Assembly: GCA_043228905.1 (NCBI GenBank)
Contig: JBHGNT010000006.1
Coordinates: 3,844,001 to 3,908,000 of the forward strand
Length of the DNA stretch: 64,000 nucleotides
Direction: 5' to 3'
From: Azolla caroliniana
Taxonomy: Eukaryota; Plantae; Polypodiophyta
This document shows positions 12,206-24,059 of this stretch, piece by piece. Below the pieces are notes generated by a model that was not told the DNA's origin, did no database searches, and saw only the letters and a program-made list of their open reading frames with translations. How positions within the stretch are numbered: position 1 is the first letter of the stretch; each line of letters opens with the position of its first letter. The translations under genes and the position numbers were made by a program.

Positions 12206-13265
12206 TGTCGTGAAGATCCGTCACTACGCGCGGATCGTGAGGTGGAACCGCCGGGGTTCTGGACCAGAAGGATTTAGAGTCGATACAAGCTTTGGCGAGA
12301 AAGTACTTAAGATAGATTGGGAAAGAGAGAAGTTGAGATTACACGATCGATTTGAAAACGAATTTCTTCCTCTTAATTTTCATAAAAAAAAACCGTGTTT
12401 TTTCTCCTCCCCCTTCCCTCTTTTATAGATGCTCTCATGCATATGATGCATGTGAGGGTACAAGACATGCATAAATTGCATGTTTGCCATTTGGCGCTTA
12501 TGTATTACATGTGGTGCATGATAACCATGTCACTCATTTTAGTTCTCATGTATGAGAATTTACATGTAAAAGTACAATGATAGAAATATAATTTTAACTA
12601 AATAGCATGGCTTAATGGTAAGCCATTTGACTCCTAACTTGGAGGTGCAAGGTTTGATTCCTTACTTGCCCTCCTTGTATATGTAAATATGTATATATAT
12701 TTATATATTTATTTATCTAGTCGCCGGACGCCGGTTCGCCGGATGCCGTCGCTAGATACCGGTGCCGCCGCCGGATGCCGTCGGTTACCGGTGCCTCGCC
12801 GGATACCGGTGTCGTCGCCGGATACCGTCGGATCACCGTCGCCGGATTGCCGTCGGATCATCGGCTCCATCGCCGGTCCGGTTTTGGTTGGCCAAAACCA
12901 TTTACGAGTAGCTAGCCCACCTCCACTCTTAGTTCAAGTTACCTTGAACTCTCTATGCTCCACACATAGACACAAAGATAATATCTTTTGCTCCACCTTA
13001 TATATGATGAGAGCTGTATTTGTCGTGCCCATGTGGGATATCTCACAATTTTCTCCTTTCCTTTTACAAACTTTATACCCTCATATCTTGACATTTAGTT
13101 GTCCGTTTCTCGTGTAATAAAGTGCATTCGAAACCTCCATCATTTTGTACTTAGATATTAAATCTATTTAAAATGTTATCTTCACAATTATTGTACTACG
13201 TGATTCATACTCGATTTCGTACGTTTTATAGGATTTTCACACTATTGCCGAAAATCTTCACGACA
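12206..13265 (-). mobile_element. Gypsy-type solo LTR inserted in copia A gag
   Basis: Inverted ends TGTCGTGAAGAT...ATCTTCACGACA; 4-bp TSD GCGT (12202-12205 / 13266-13269); empty site matches copia B gag near 6190-6205; TATA-like CTATAAAA on - near 12425. Confidence 0.9.
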
Positions 13266-13773
13266 GCGTTGCCCAACATGACAACTAATGCCTCCCATCT
13301 ATCCGGGAGGGAACCGAGCATGAGTAGAGCAAGTACCTCATCGGCGAGAGGTACTTCCAGTGAGGTTGCTTGGTGTATCAGCCCTCAGAAGGCATTCATG
13401 TGCTCCGCCATACTGGAGCCGTCTTGGTACTCGAGCCTCACTAGCTTCCGAAATACCGAAACCCGATTAACGGCATTCTTGTTCTGGAACATGATGTCGA
13501 TCTTCTCTCAGAGTTCATGAACCTTGCTCTCTTCATTGAAGTTTTTGTACAGGCTCATGTCGATGAAGCACCGGATGTATGTCGTTGTCTTCATGTGCAT
13601 CACCTCCCACATTGTGGCGTCAATCTTATCCGGTCTCTTGTCCCCGAACTGAACTGGCAACCAACGATCTTTAACCACCAGCATGTCCCTCATCTTCGAC
13701 TTCCACACTGAGTAGTTGGAGCCGGTGAGTTTGAACATGCCGTCGTAAGATTCTTCCATTTTTTGGGTTGCTC

Positions 13774-13785
13774 GCTCTGATACCA
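13774..13785 (-). promoter_or_regulatory. PBS of copia A (tRNA-iMet)
   Basis: TGGTATCAGAGC on the - strand, 3 nt from the LTR edge. Confidence 0.9.
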
Positions 13786-13788
13786 ATT

Positions 13789-14357
13789 TGAAAAGAAATG
13801 CCTGAAATATCGCTCGGCCACAACCGAGTAGTAAGTCTCTTCTATAAGAATCAAACACAGAAATGGGAAGTAGAGAGTACACAAGAAAGTGACATTGGAT
13901 GTTTATGTGGAAAAACCCTAATAGGGAAAAACCACGGGAGCCCACAGACTTTGAACTATCACAATGAAGAGAAGGGGTACAATCAGAGACTCGGAGGTAA
14001 TAACCTCGAGCCCTGTTTCTTTGCACAGTGGCGGTTACAACAGAGTATCGCTCTGTATCTCTCTCTCCCTCTCCCTCCCTCTCTCCCTCTCTCTCTAGAC
14101 AACAGTTACAGCAATATGACAACAACACAATCACACGACTACCTAAAGTGATTGCCCTAAGTCATATTTATAGTTATATGAACTTTGGGCTATTTACAAA
14201 TATAGCCTCAATGGGCTTATTCAAGACATATTTACAAACCTGTCTTCTCTTCCGGTTCTCATCGAGTCCACCGATCCAGTTTCCGGATCTCTTCCGGTTC
14301 CCACCGGTTCTCTTTATTCATCACCGGATCCCATCCGGAGAGACCGATTTCCCAACA
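13789..14357 (-). repeat. 5' LTR of copia A
   Basis: TG...CA ends; its right part closely matches 4243-4647; PBS adjacent. Confidence 0.88.
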
Positions 14358-16827
14358 GAGCATGCCATGAATTTTATGGTGTGATTGGTTGTATTGCGCA
14401 CAACCTCATTAGTCATGAATAAGATGCATATTTCATAAGGATGAGGTGGACATGGTTTTAAGGCATCTTCCTCGTGGTAGGAGTCCCAGTTGGGATGACT
14501 TGAAAAATGAAGTTTTAAAGTGATATTTGAACATTTTAAAGGGCCCTTAACTAGTTGGGATTTTGGTTGTATGCCTCAAGCTTGGAAGGTTGGTCTCGTT
14601 AAATTTGTTTTGAAAGTGGCATCTTCTGAGTCATTTCATCAATGGAGACCTATTTCTTTGATGGGGGGTTATATAAGATATTTACAAAGGTCTTGGCAGA
14701 TAGATTGCAAAATATTTGGCAAAGTTTATACATCCTACCCAATATTGTTTTATTGCAAGTAGGAATATATTGCATAATGTGTTGAATATTCCTATGTCTA
14801 TGGATTATGAATGACACACCATCAAGAATTGATTATGGTGCAATTAGATTCAGAGAAAGCTTATGATTATGTTAATTGGTTCATTGTTTCCGAGTTAATG
14901 TATACATCGGGCTTTGGACAACATATGTCTCACCTCATATTTTTAATAGAACAAGATGTGGTGTCTCGAATAAGGCTTAAATTATGGAGGAATTACATCA
15001 AACATTGCCCTCATGAGATCTGTTCATCAAGGATGCTCACTTAGCCCATTGTTGATTGTTATTGTTATTCATAACTTGTTAGTGAGGTTATCAAGGCTTG
15101 TAATGAATGGTGACATTGTGGATCTATATGTTCCATCTGGGGGGCAATTCGTAGCACAAGCTTTGGCAGATCATTCTTTCATATTTCTATGAGCCTCACG
15201 AGAGAATCTTGGGAAGGAGATGCTTGTATGGAACCAATTTGCATTGGCTTCTGGATTACATATTAGCTGGAGGAAGTCTAGTCTCATATCATGTACTAAA
15301 AGAGATTTTGGATGTTTAGGATGGTAAGGATTTGTGGAACCAATTGATTGAATGGGTGTCTCGTAAGTTAAGGGATAAGTTCATGTATTGGAAGTCACAA
15401 TCTTGACCATTTCATGTACGCATGAAGGTTGTACAATGTATTATGGAACCCATGATATTATATTACTTGTCATTGTTGCCATGGACTCTGAAGGCTTTGC
15501 ATTCTGTTTTGCAACCTCTTCGATATGGTTGTGGAGGAAAAGGAATAAGATGGGAATCACATGGGTTACGTGGAATCATGTAGCAACCCCTAAGCACTTG
15601 GGGGGAGTTGGAATATTGGACTTATTTATGCATATGATGGCTTGTGAAATTGCATTATTGCAAAACATGTGTTTAGAGTCACAACCATGGATACCTATTG
15701 TTAAATTTATCATTGAGATAGAAAAAGGACAAGACGTGCACAACAATATCTGCAAACAGGGTTTGAAACATGATCTTGCAATCATTAATATGCTCGTTGA
15801 TATGTATGCAAATTTTGGATTACTTGAAACTGCTCAAGTAGGTGTTTCTACCATGTTCCAGCTTGATCTATAGTCTCTTGGAATGCATTGCTCACTGGCT
15901 ATACTGAATTTCACAATTGTAATAAGGTCCTTGTTATCCCCACAAACCTTTTCATTGCTTTGGGAATTAGATGGATCACTAGCTCATAATGCTTTATTCC
16001 TACAAGAATCAGAGATCCACAAAAGCATTGCCCTTATATATTAGAGTCAAATTAGCATGCTTTGTTGACAATGATATACCTTCAAATACAAGTGAAAGAC
16101 ATTGAAAATTCAAGGAGATTCTGAAGGGATGTGAGATGCATGTTGAGATTGAAAGAACAAGGTTGCTGGATGAAACATTTTTCTTCCAAGGATATGTCGA
16201 ACATGAATAAGATTGGCTACTAAAAGATTATTTATCTTTACCAAGAAAGATTGGCTACGGTCATTCGACATGGCTATACAATATTCATTGTAATATTGGA
16301 TTAGCTTGTATATTGAATTGCCTCTTGTAACAAAGGTTTTCATTTTGAGAGTTTTGATAGAGCGTTTGCCTTTGGGATTAGCTCTAAAGCGATGAGGACT
16401 AGCAATGGGCAATTACTTCTTTTGCACTATTCAAATAGAAGATAGTACTTATTGTTTCATACAATGTCTGATTGCTTGTTAGATTTGGAGTTACATTTCT
16501 CAAATTTGGGAAGTTCTATCATGGTGTTATTTGACGACAAGACAGTGAGTGTGTACAAATTTCACATAGGTTGACCCAAAATCAAAGATCGAGTCCATTT
16601 TATTATTTATGAGGTATTGAGAATTATGTCATAATTGGGATATGCAAATGCTTTTGTATTTGATGGTAGACATGGAGTCAAAGCATATCTTCGAAAGTTA
16701 AAGGGAGTACTAATGTGACAATTTTATTTCCACTACCCATGTAGTTAGTGGTTGACTAGACTCCATTATGACACCCATTGTAAGTAGTGTTTTTCACACA
16801 CATTTATGTAATATAACTGTGTATTTT

Positions 16828-16831
<4 letters not shown>
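14358..16831 (+). mobile_element. Decayed L1/Tx1-like LINE (3' part of ORF2), the host of copia A
   Basis: Fragments SFHQWRPISLMGG, QLDSEKAYD and a zf-RVT-like region, collinear with the LINE at 16861-21661; 3' UTR ends in (GA)n at 16832. Confidence 0.85.
15716..15932 (+). pseudogene. PLS-type PPR gene fragment embedded in the LINE
   Basis: IEKGQDVHNNICKQGLKHDLAIINMLVDMYANFGLLETAQ, then a frameshift to VSWNALLTGYTEF; typical PLS PPR motifs. Confidence 0.7.
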
Positions 16832-16860
<29 letters not shown>

Positions 16861-16865
<5 letters not shown>

Positions 16866-19800
16866 TAAAGATTTATTAAAACAACAATGTCCAATTTGGG
16901 TGACCGTTAATTGTAGTAACTCATTCTTTTGGGATTTACTACCAGCATTGATGTCCCAAATTGGTAAAGTTTTGGTTGCTCCTCATGTTAATTCATTGAA
17001 CAAATGTAGATTTTGCATGTTATGGGATACAAGTTGTAAACTTCCAGGATGGTTGAGTATCGATACATCTCGATTTGGTCGATTTCGTTTTAAGCTTCAA
17101 TGGGAAACGTTTGCAGGACATTGTTTTAAATGTGGTAAATTGAGGCATTTTATGGCTAAATGCCAATATCATGTTGAACTATCCCCAGAAAATAATGTCA
17201 AAGGGAAAAATAAGGAAGATGTTGAGAAGGATATTGTCTCAATGGTTGATATGGTCATGGATGAGGGAACATCTCATGGGTTAGAACGAGATCCTAAAGT
17301 TCATGGTCATGTTAGAGGTGTTGGGGAGGAGAATGGAGTATGTAATAATGATGGCCCAAATGTTGAAGATGGAGAGTGGCATCAAGTGAAGCATAAGATA
17401 AAAGGGAAGGGTGTTGCCATACAAAGGGAATCAAAAAATACTTATGGTATGACATTACCAAAAGATAATTTGAGATTGAAGGAGGGGTTTAAGAAAAATC
17501 CTTGGCAGAAACAAGTGTGAAATCAGAGATTGTCCAAGCAATTACAATTCGATTCTTCAGGAAGGGTGGTACGACCTCAATTAAATCAAGGACTTTGTTC
17601 TCATGGAGTTAGACAACAAAACCCTAATATTGGTGGAGGGGATGTAGTACACACAAATCCTTATGCAGCTCTTGAACAAGTAGTTAGTACATGTTCATGA
17701 ATACACTTGCTTATAAAGTGCAAGTTCCTACCAAAGGTGTTAAATGAAAGTGGTATCATGGAATGTGAGAGGGGCATCTTCTCCTCATAAGAAATATATA
17801 TTATGGAAAACTTTATTTGATAAAGATTGGGATGTTTTATGTGCAGTTGAACATAAGTGTCATGATTTAGCAGGATCTGTGTTACATTTGCGTGGATATT
17901 CCTCATATTATGCATGAATGTTATCACATCATTACTTAGGGGTTGTCATGATTATTCATGATTCGTTTTGTCCACATATAGTCTATAATGATCCATATGG
18001 ACGTTTTTTGGTGATGGAAGTCAAGTATTTTGAGGATTTGATATGGTTGGTAGGAATCCATGCACCCAATAATGCTAATCAACGCATTGAGTTATGGTCT
18101 TCAATGTATCCACAGTTATTAGTGGAACCTGTTGGTTTATTAATGGGTGATTTTAATATGTGTGTTGATGCTTCACAATCTACTTCACGATTCTCATTGA
18201 TAGATTCTCCTGAGCAAGTAGTTTGGGACAAATAGGCATCAGAGGTTTTGAAGTTGGATGTATGGAAATGGTTGCATCAAGATGAGATTGGGTCTACATT
18301 TCAATCTATGCAATACAAGAAAACATGGAGTAGGTTAGATAGAATGTATGTTATGCATGATGAGTCCTTTTTACCAAAGATGCTTAATATGTCAATTATG
18401 CAAGAGGTTGTGACATTGGATCATTTTCCCATATGTTTTGAGTTTAATAAACATGGGGTAGATATGTACAAAACATTGCTTCAACGAGTTCCTTTGAGGT
18501 TTAATTCTTCTTTATTATTACATCCTTTATTTGATGCTTATATGCAACAAATTTGTGGCATGTTTTCAAAACAAGTTATTTCAAAAGGATGGCATGCATG
18601 GGATACAACACTACGAAACATCAATGATATTCATCGTATGTATGGTATGACTAATGCTAAAAGACATAAGAAATTGATTGATAAGTTTTCATATATTCTT
18701 ACGCGGTGCAATGTACTATTGATGAATAATCCACATGATGAAGAGCTTTTGGATGTTCAAGTTCAAGTACAGGACATTGTGAAGAATTTGTCTTGTCAAA
18801 GTTATCAACAGACAAGACTACGTCCATTAAAGGAGGGATTAATAGATAACCAATCATAATCTTATCTATTTTTTCAAGGATTAAGACCACCATATGCTCG
18901 TTCAAATGTGGTACAAATTAAGATTGGGGATGACATTGTTGTAGACCCAGTCGAGGTTATTGAGTTATGTATTACTCATTTTAAGAATTTGATTGGGCCA
19001 GAGTTTATTATTAATGAGGATGTCTTGAAAGCACGACGAGAGTTTTATAATGTAATTGGGAGTGTCATGAATACAAATATTTGTCAAGAATTGGATGTTG
19101 ATTTTGAAGAAGCTGAGGTGGAAAAGGTATTGTTACACCTTCCAAATAGTAAAAGCCATGGCTGGGATGGTGTTACAAATGAAGTTTTTAAGAAGTAGGC
19201 TAGCATGCTTAAGAGTCCATTCACACAAATGTTTCAACAATGTTGGGATTCTGGTTTCATGCCTGAGAGTTGGAAGGTGGGCTTAATCAAATTGATACCA
19301 AAGGTACCATCTCCGGAGTCATTTCATCAATGGAGGCCTATTTCATTGATGGGAGGGTTGTACATAGTGTTTGCAAAGATATTATCCAACAGACTTAAGA
19401 AGTTCTTACCTCAACTTATTCATCCATCTCAATATGGTTTTATTACAAGTAGAAATATATTGCATAATGTTTTGATTGTTCAAATGGCGATCGATTATGT
19501 TCGACATACACATCAAGAAATGGTTATGGTGCAATTAGGTTTGGAAAAATTCTATGATCAAGTTAATTGGTCTTTCCTCTCAGGTGTGATGTATAATATG
19601 GGGTTTGGTCCTCGTATGTGTCGACTTATCTTTTTGCTAGGGCAAAATGCAACCTCCCTTGTGATGCTTAATGGCGGAGTCACTTCAAAAGTGTTTCTTA
19701 CTAGATACGTGCGGCAAGGATGTCCACTAAGCCCATTGTTATTTGCTATTGTTACACGTCCTTTGTTAGTAATGTTGTCAAATCTTGCGACCAATGGTGA

Positions 19801-21661
19801 TATTGTGGGTTTGCATCTTCCTTCTGGTGGACAATTGGTGGCACAAGCATTGGCAGATGATTCTTTTATGTTTTTACAAGCCTCAAAAGAAAATCTTAAA
19901 AGGAGTATGCAAGTTTGGGATCAATTTGCTTTGGCTTCAGGGTTGTATATAAATTGGAGGAAGTCTCGCCTTATTTCTTGTACGGAGAGTGATTTGGAAT
20001 GTTTGGGATGGCGAGGGTTAGTGATTACACGAGGTTCTATTTATCGACATTTGGATTATCCATTGGGCATTGATGTTACAAATGTTCAATTGATTAATTG
20101 TATTGGTAGTAAATTGAGGGACAAATTATGTATTGGAAGTCTCAATTATGGCCCTTTCATGTACGACTCAAAGTGGTGCAATGTATCTTGATACCCATGT
20201 TATTATATTTTTTGCCTTTACTTCCTTGGACTAAGAATGCATTAAAAAGCATGTTACAACCTATTCAGTTCATGTTGTGGTGGAAGGGAGAAATGATGGG
20301 AGTTACATGGATTTCATGGGACCATTTGGCTACTCCTAAAAGGTTAGGTAGTGCAGCAATATTGGATTTGGAAAGGCATTTGATGGCTTGTAGATTTACA
20401 TTATTACGAGATATATGTCAACAGGATCAACCATAGATATCTATGTTGCAATATTTTATTTAGCATGAAGGATTGGTGCATGGGAAAACAAAGATTCAAG
20501 CATCATGATGGTCACTACTGAATGGAAGTATTCCTCTAAAGATTCGACATTCTGTATGTGGACAACATTTGGTAAGATCGTGGCAAGATGCGTTATCTCT
20601 TTTTGAATGGGGACTATCAAGTGATCGAGAATATTGTAATTCATTACAAAACGAATTGCTTGTTTCTTCTCGAGTGTTGTTTTGGCATGGGAAAGAGAAG
20701 TTAAGGTCTCAATTCAATCATTTATTTCGATTGGGGATTGTACATTTGGAAGATGTGGTTGATAATGAATCTCAACGGTTGTCGGATTTTGAAGATGCCA
20801 AGAGATGGTTATGTATTCCCCCAAATTATGGATTTATTTGGGAGAAATTACATGATATACCATTGTTGCAAGGATCTTTGCCATTGAAAACCAATTTTGC
20901 ACCTTGGGTAGATTGGCGGTTACAATATGGTACACACTTTTTACATGTCACTACAAATATATTGTATCATCATGCGATGGCATCATTATCTTGGCTATCT
21001 CCTAAAGCAACGAAGTTGTGGAATGTATATAAGTCGGATGCAAGGTGGTGGAAAATATTACAACGTGGTTGGCATTCCCATCTACCATTTCGTGAAAAGG
21101 TATTCATATGGAGAGTCATGATTGGTGGGCTCCCATTAGGTTCAGCCTTAAAGAGAGGAGGACTAGGGTCTAGCACTTGTTTCTTTTGCATCGTTCCATT
21201 GGAGGATAGTACACATAGGTTCATTAAATGTCCTATAGCGTGTACTATTTGGATTTACTTATCAAACATTTGGCAAGTTTTAACCTGTTGTTGTTTGAGA
21301 CCTCAACAATGGGTTTTTTCTCAATATGTTCAAAATGGATCAAATGATGAAATGGAGATATTGTTCCAATTTTTACGTTATTGGGGTCTACAACACAATT
21401 GGAATATGCATAATGCTTTCATGTTTGATAATAGACATGGGGTGAAAGCCTATATAAAGAAGCTTAAAGGTATTCTCATGTGGAATTTTTGGATGTTAGA
21501 GAATGTGGGGATCATTTCCTCAAATGCATATTCATGTTTTTTAGTAGCATTACAGAACGTCCCTCTCCCTACATAGGCATATGATAGGTAGAGGAGACTA
21601 AGAAGTGTTGTAACTAAGTGGATTTTACATACAATTAATATAATTGTGTGCTTTTACCAAA
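16861..21661 (+). mobile_element. 5'-truncated L1/Tx1-like LINE (ORF1 end and disrupted ORF2), bounded by (GA)n on both sides
   Basis: ORF1 zinc knuckle CFKCGKLRHFMAKC; endonuclease (GDFN, SRLDR, LDHFP); RT (WRPISL, RQGCPLSPLLF, LADDS); zf-RVT (CFFCIVPLEDSTHRFIKC); many stops. Confidence 0.92.
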
Positions 21662-21698
<37 letters not shown>

Positions 21699-21700
<2 letters not shown>

Positions 21701-21800
21701 TAGTTAGTGGTGACCATACTCATTGTATTGTGACACCCATGGTGTCATTGTAAGTAGTGTCTTGCACACACATTTATTAATATAATTCTGTGTTTTCACT
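21699..21800 (+). mobile_element. Extremely 5'-truncated LINE copy (3' UTR only) between two (GA)n tracts
   Basis: Homologous to 16739-16831, starting at the ORF2 stop region; GA tracts at 21662-21698 and 21801-21831. Confidence 0.75.
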
Positions 21801-24059
21801 AGAGAGAGAGAGAAAGAAAGAGAAAGAGAGACTGACTTAGGGATTGAAGGGATTGTCTTCTTTAATTAATACAAAAATTCCAAGTTAAAGACTCAATGAT
21901 TTGCAGAATTCTACAATTCACATTACATATCACATTTTGTTGTGTTCTTCATTGTTGCAAGAGCCAAGATATCTGTTGTTGAGCGTAAGTGTGAAGCCTT
22001 GTACAAGATCTTGTATCTTCTATTGTGAATTTGGAAGCTACCATCTCTAATGGATATGATTATTCCAACATGATAGGAGATCACAAGGATTTAAGGACTA
22101 CTCCTATATTTTATTGCTCTTTGTGGTTTGGAATATTTTCCAGGACCAACAAGAAGTATATGATTGACTTGTTATAGAACAAAATGGATTACGAGGAAAA
22201 ACGTGTCATACAAGACACAAAGTAGGTGGATGAAAAAGCTCCAAGAGTAGACCAAGATGTTGATTGAGGAGAACACGATGATTGTTAATTAATTCTAAAA
22301 AGATATTAAAATCAAAGGAATGTACAATATCAAAATTAAAGAGAAAATGGAGTCAAATATCTCTTTTATATGCATATTCAATGTTCTTCTATAGACCAAT
22401 GAGCATTAAGAAAGTATCGGTGACCAAGTGTACTACCATTATGTAACATTTTGGAATATAAAAGAAGTTTATTTGTTAATTACTTCATAACATGCATTTT
22501 CTTTTCTCAAAATATCCAGAAGCGTAATTTGTTTAGAACCATAGCTTCCAATTGATTGGCGGCCCCAAAAAAGAGCTTGATGCTTCCTAATGATACATGT
22601 ATGAGTGAAACTAAGGGACCTAGAGGCTAGGACAAAACATTTAGCCTTTATGTTCATGTGGAATGCTTAATATCTTGACGGGAAGAATGAAGTGAAAAGC
22701 TAGAGAGCTATTCTCATTCATACTTTTTCTCTTTTCTTCTTTTATGAACAATATTCCTAAAATTAGTTAGAATTTCACATGTCTAAATGTAAATTTCTAA
22801 AATAGCAATTATAAAGTGAGTTTTGTGATGCTCTATTTTAATATTGCTTTTAACAATAAAAATCTAGCTTTTGGAGATGATTATGCTTTCTTATCCACAA
22901 ATTCAAGATGCTAACACCTTTAACCTCTATTCATATTCCATAGGCCATGGATTTATGGATTCATGTACTCTCTTTTTTCTCAATCAGCAACCAATAGATG
23001 CAAGATTCATTCATAATGCAACTTTATAATTATAATTAGAGAGAGACTCATAAATAACTTCTCAAACATATATAAAAAAGAAAGTGAAAAGTTATTTGAA
23101 GGAATCATTTTTTGGGATAAATTTTATGGATGTGGTCATGCATTTCTAGGGATATAATAATATTTACTCGACCACATGGCAACCCTCTTGTTGACACAAT
23201 ATCTGGAAAGGAGGAGGTTAATGAGTATCCCTAGGACACATTAGTGCTATGGTGAACATATCTATAGATAACTTTTTAACGTTGAGAGGAGTCTGAGTTC
23301 AATTGAGAGAGAGAGTAGTTACATACACAAAAGGGCTCTTGGTTATATTAATCATTTCCTTATTAGATTGAGGACCTTGTTGTTTTTTCAAGTTTTGGGT
23401 ATGGAGGCAATGGTGTACTAGAGACTATTTATGAGGACCTTTTACAAATATTCAACATGAGAGAGCCATAAAAGTCCATTTCTCGTATCGACTCTCAAGA
23501 GGAAATTAGAGCACCCGAAATATGATTTATTTCTCCTAAATGCTTCATAAAAAAGGTACCTCAAAGCGTCGACCATCATTTTCTTTTTGTTACCAGTGCA
23601 TATCTTATCCATACAAAGTATGTGAATGGAAACATTACCATATTCAACCTTCGCCATGTAGAGACAATAGTTATCACCCCTATACTCTTAGTCATTTGGC
23701 TACAAGAACGTATCCAACTTATGATATCATTTACAAGGTGCTTGTTTGAGACCATATACAAGCTTCTTAAGCTTGCATATAATGCTCTCTTTTACCATCT
23801 CTACAAACCATGTTGGTCGATGCATACAAACTTCACATCGAGTTGTATATAAACTTCTAGCTAAGGTGTCAAAAAAAAAAAATCTTCAAAGATTTTTCTC
23901 ATTAGTATTAAGAAAAACATGTGAATGCTACAACTTAAGCTTATGTGCCCAAAAGCTTACAATTTTCATGTACAATGATATACGATAATCCTAAGACCAA
24001 AGCTAGAACTTTGTAAAAGGTAAAAAAATTAAAAAAATTGCATTCTGGTGTGCTTCACT

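Larger units (their letters stand above)
4243..14357 (-). mobile_element. Ty1/copia LTR retrotransposon A, degenerate, with nested insertions
   Basis: 5' LTR 13789-14357, tRNA-iMet PBS, gag (MEESYDGMFKLTGSNY...), zinc knuckle CFYCGKPGHFQKNC, protease, integrase, RT (LKKSLYGLKQAPRQW, YVDDML), RNase H (FTDSD...CDSQSAI...HSRTKHI) in copia order; partial 3' LTR 4243-4647 cut by the gypsy element. Confidence 0.93.

Noticed and set aside
12604-12672. Functional tRNA gene
   Set aside because: Acceptor and anticodon stems do not pair; kept only as a tRNA-like remnant.
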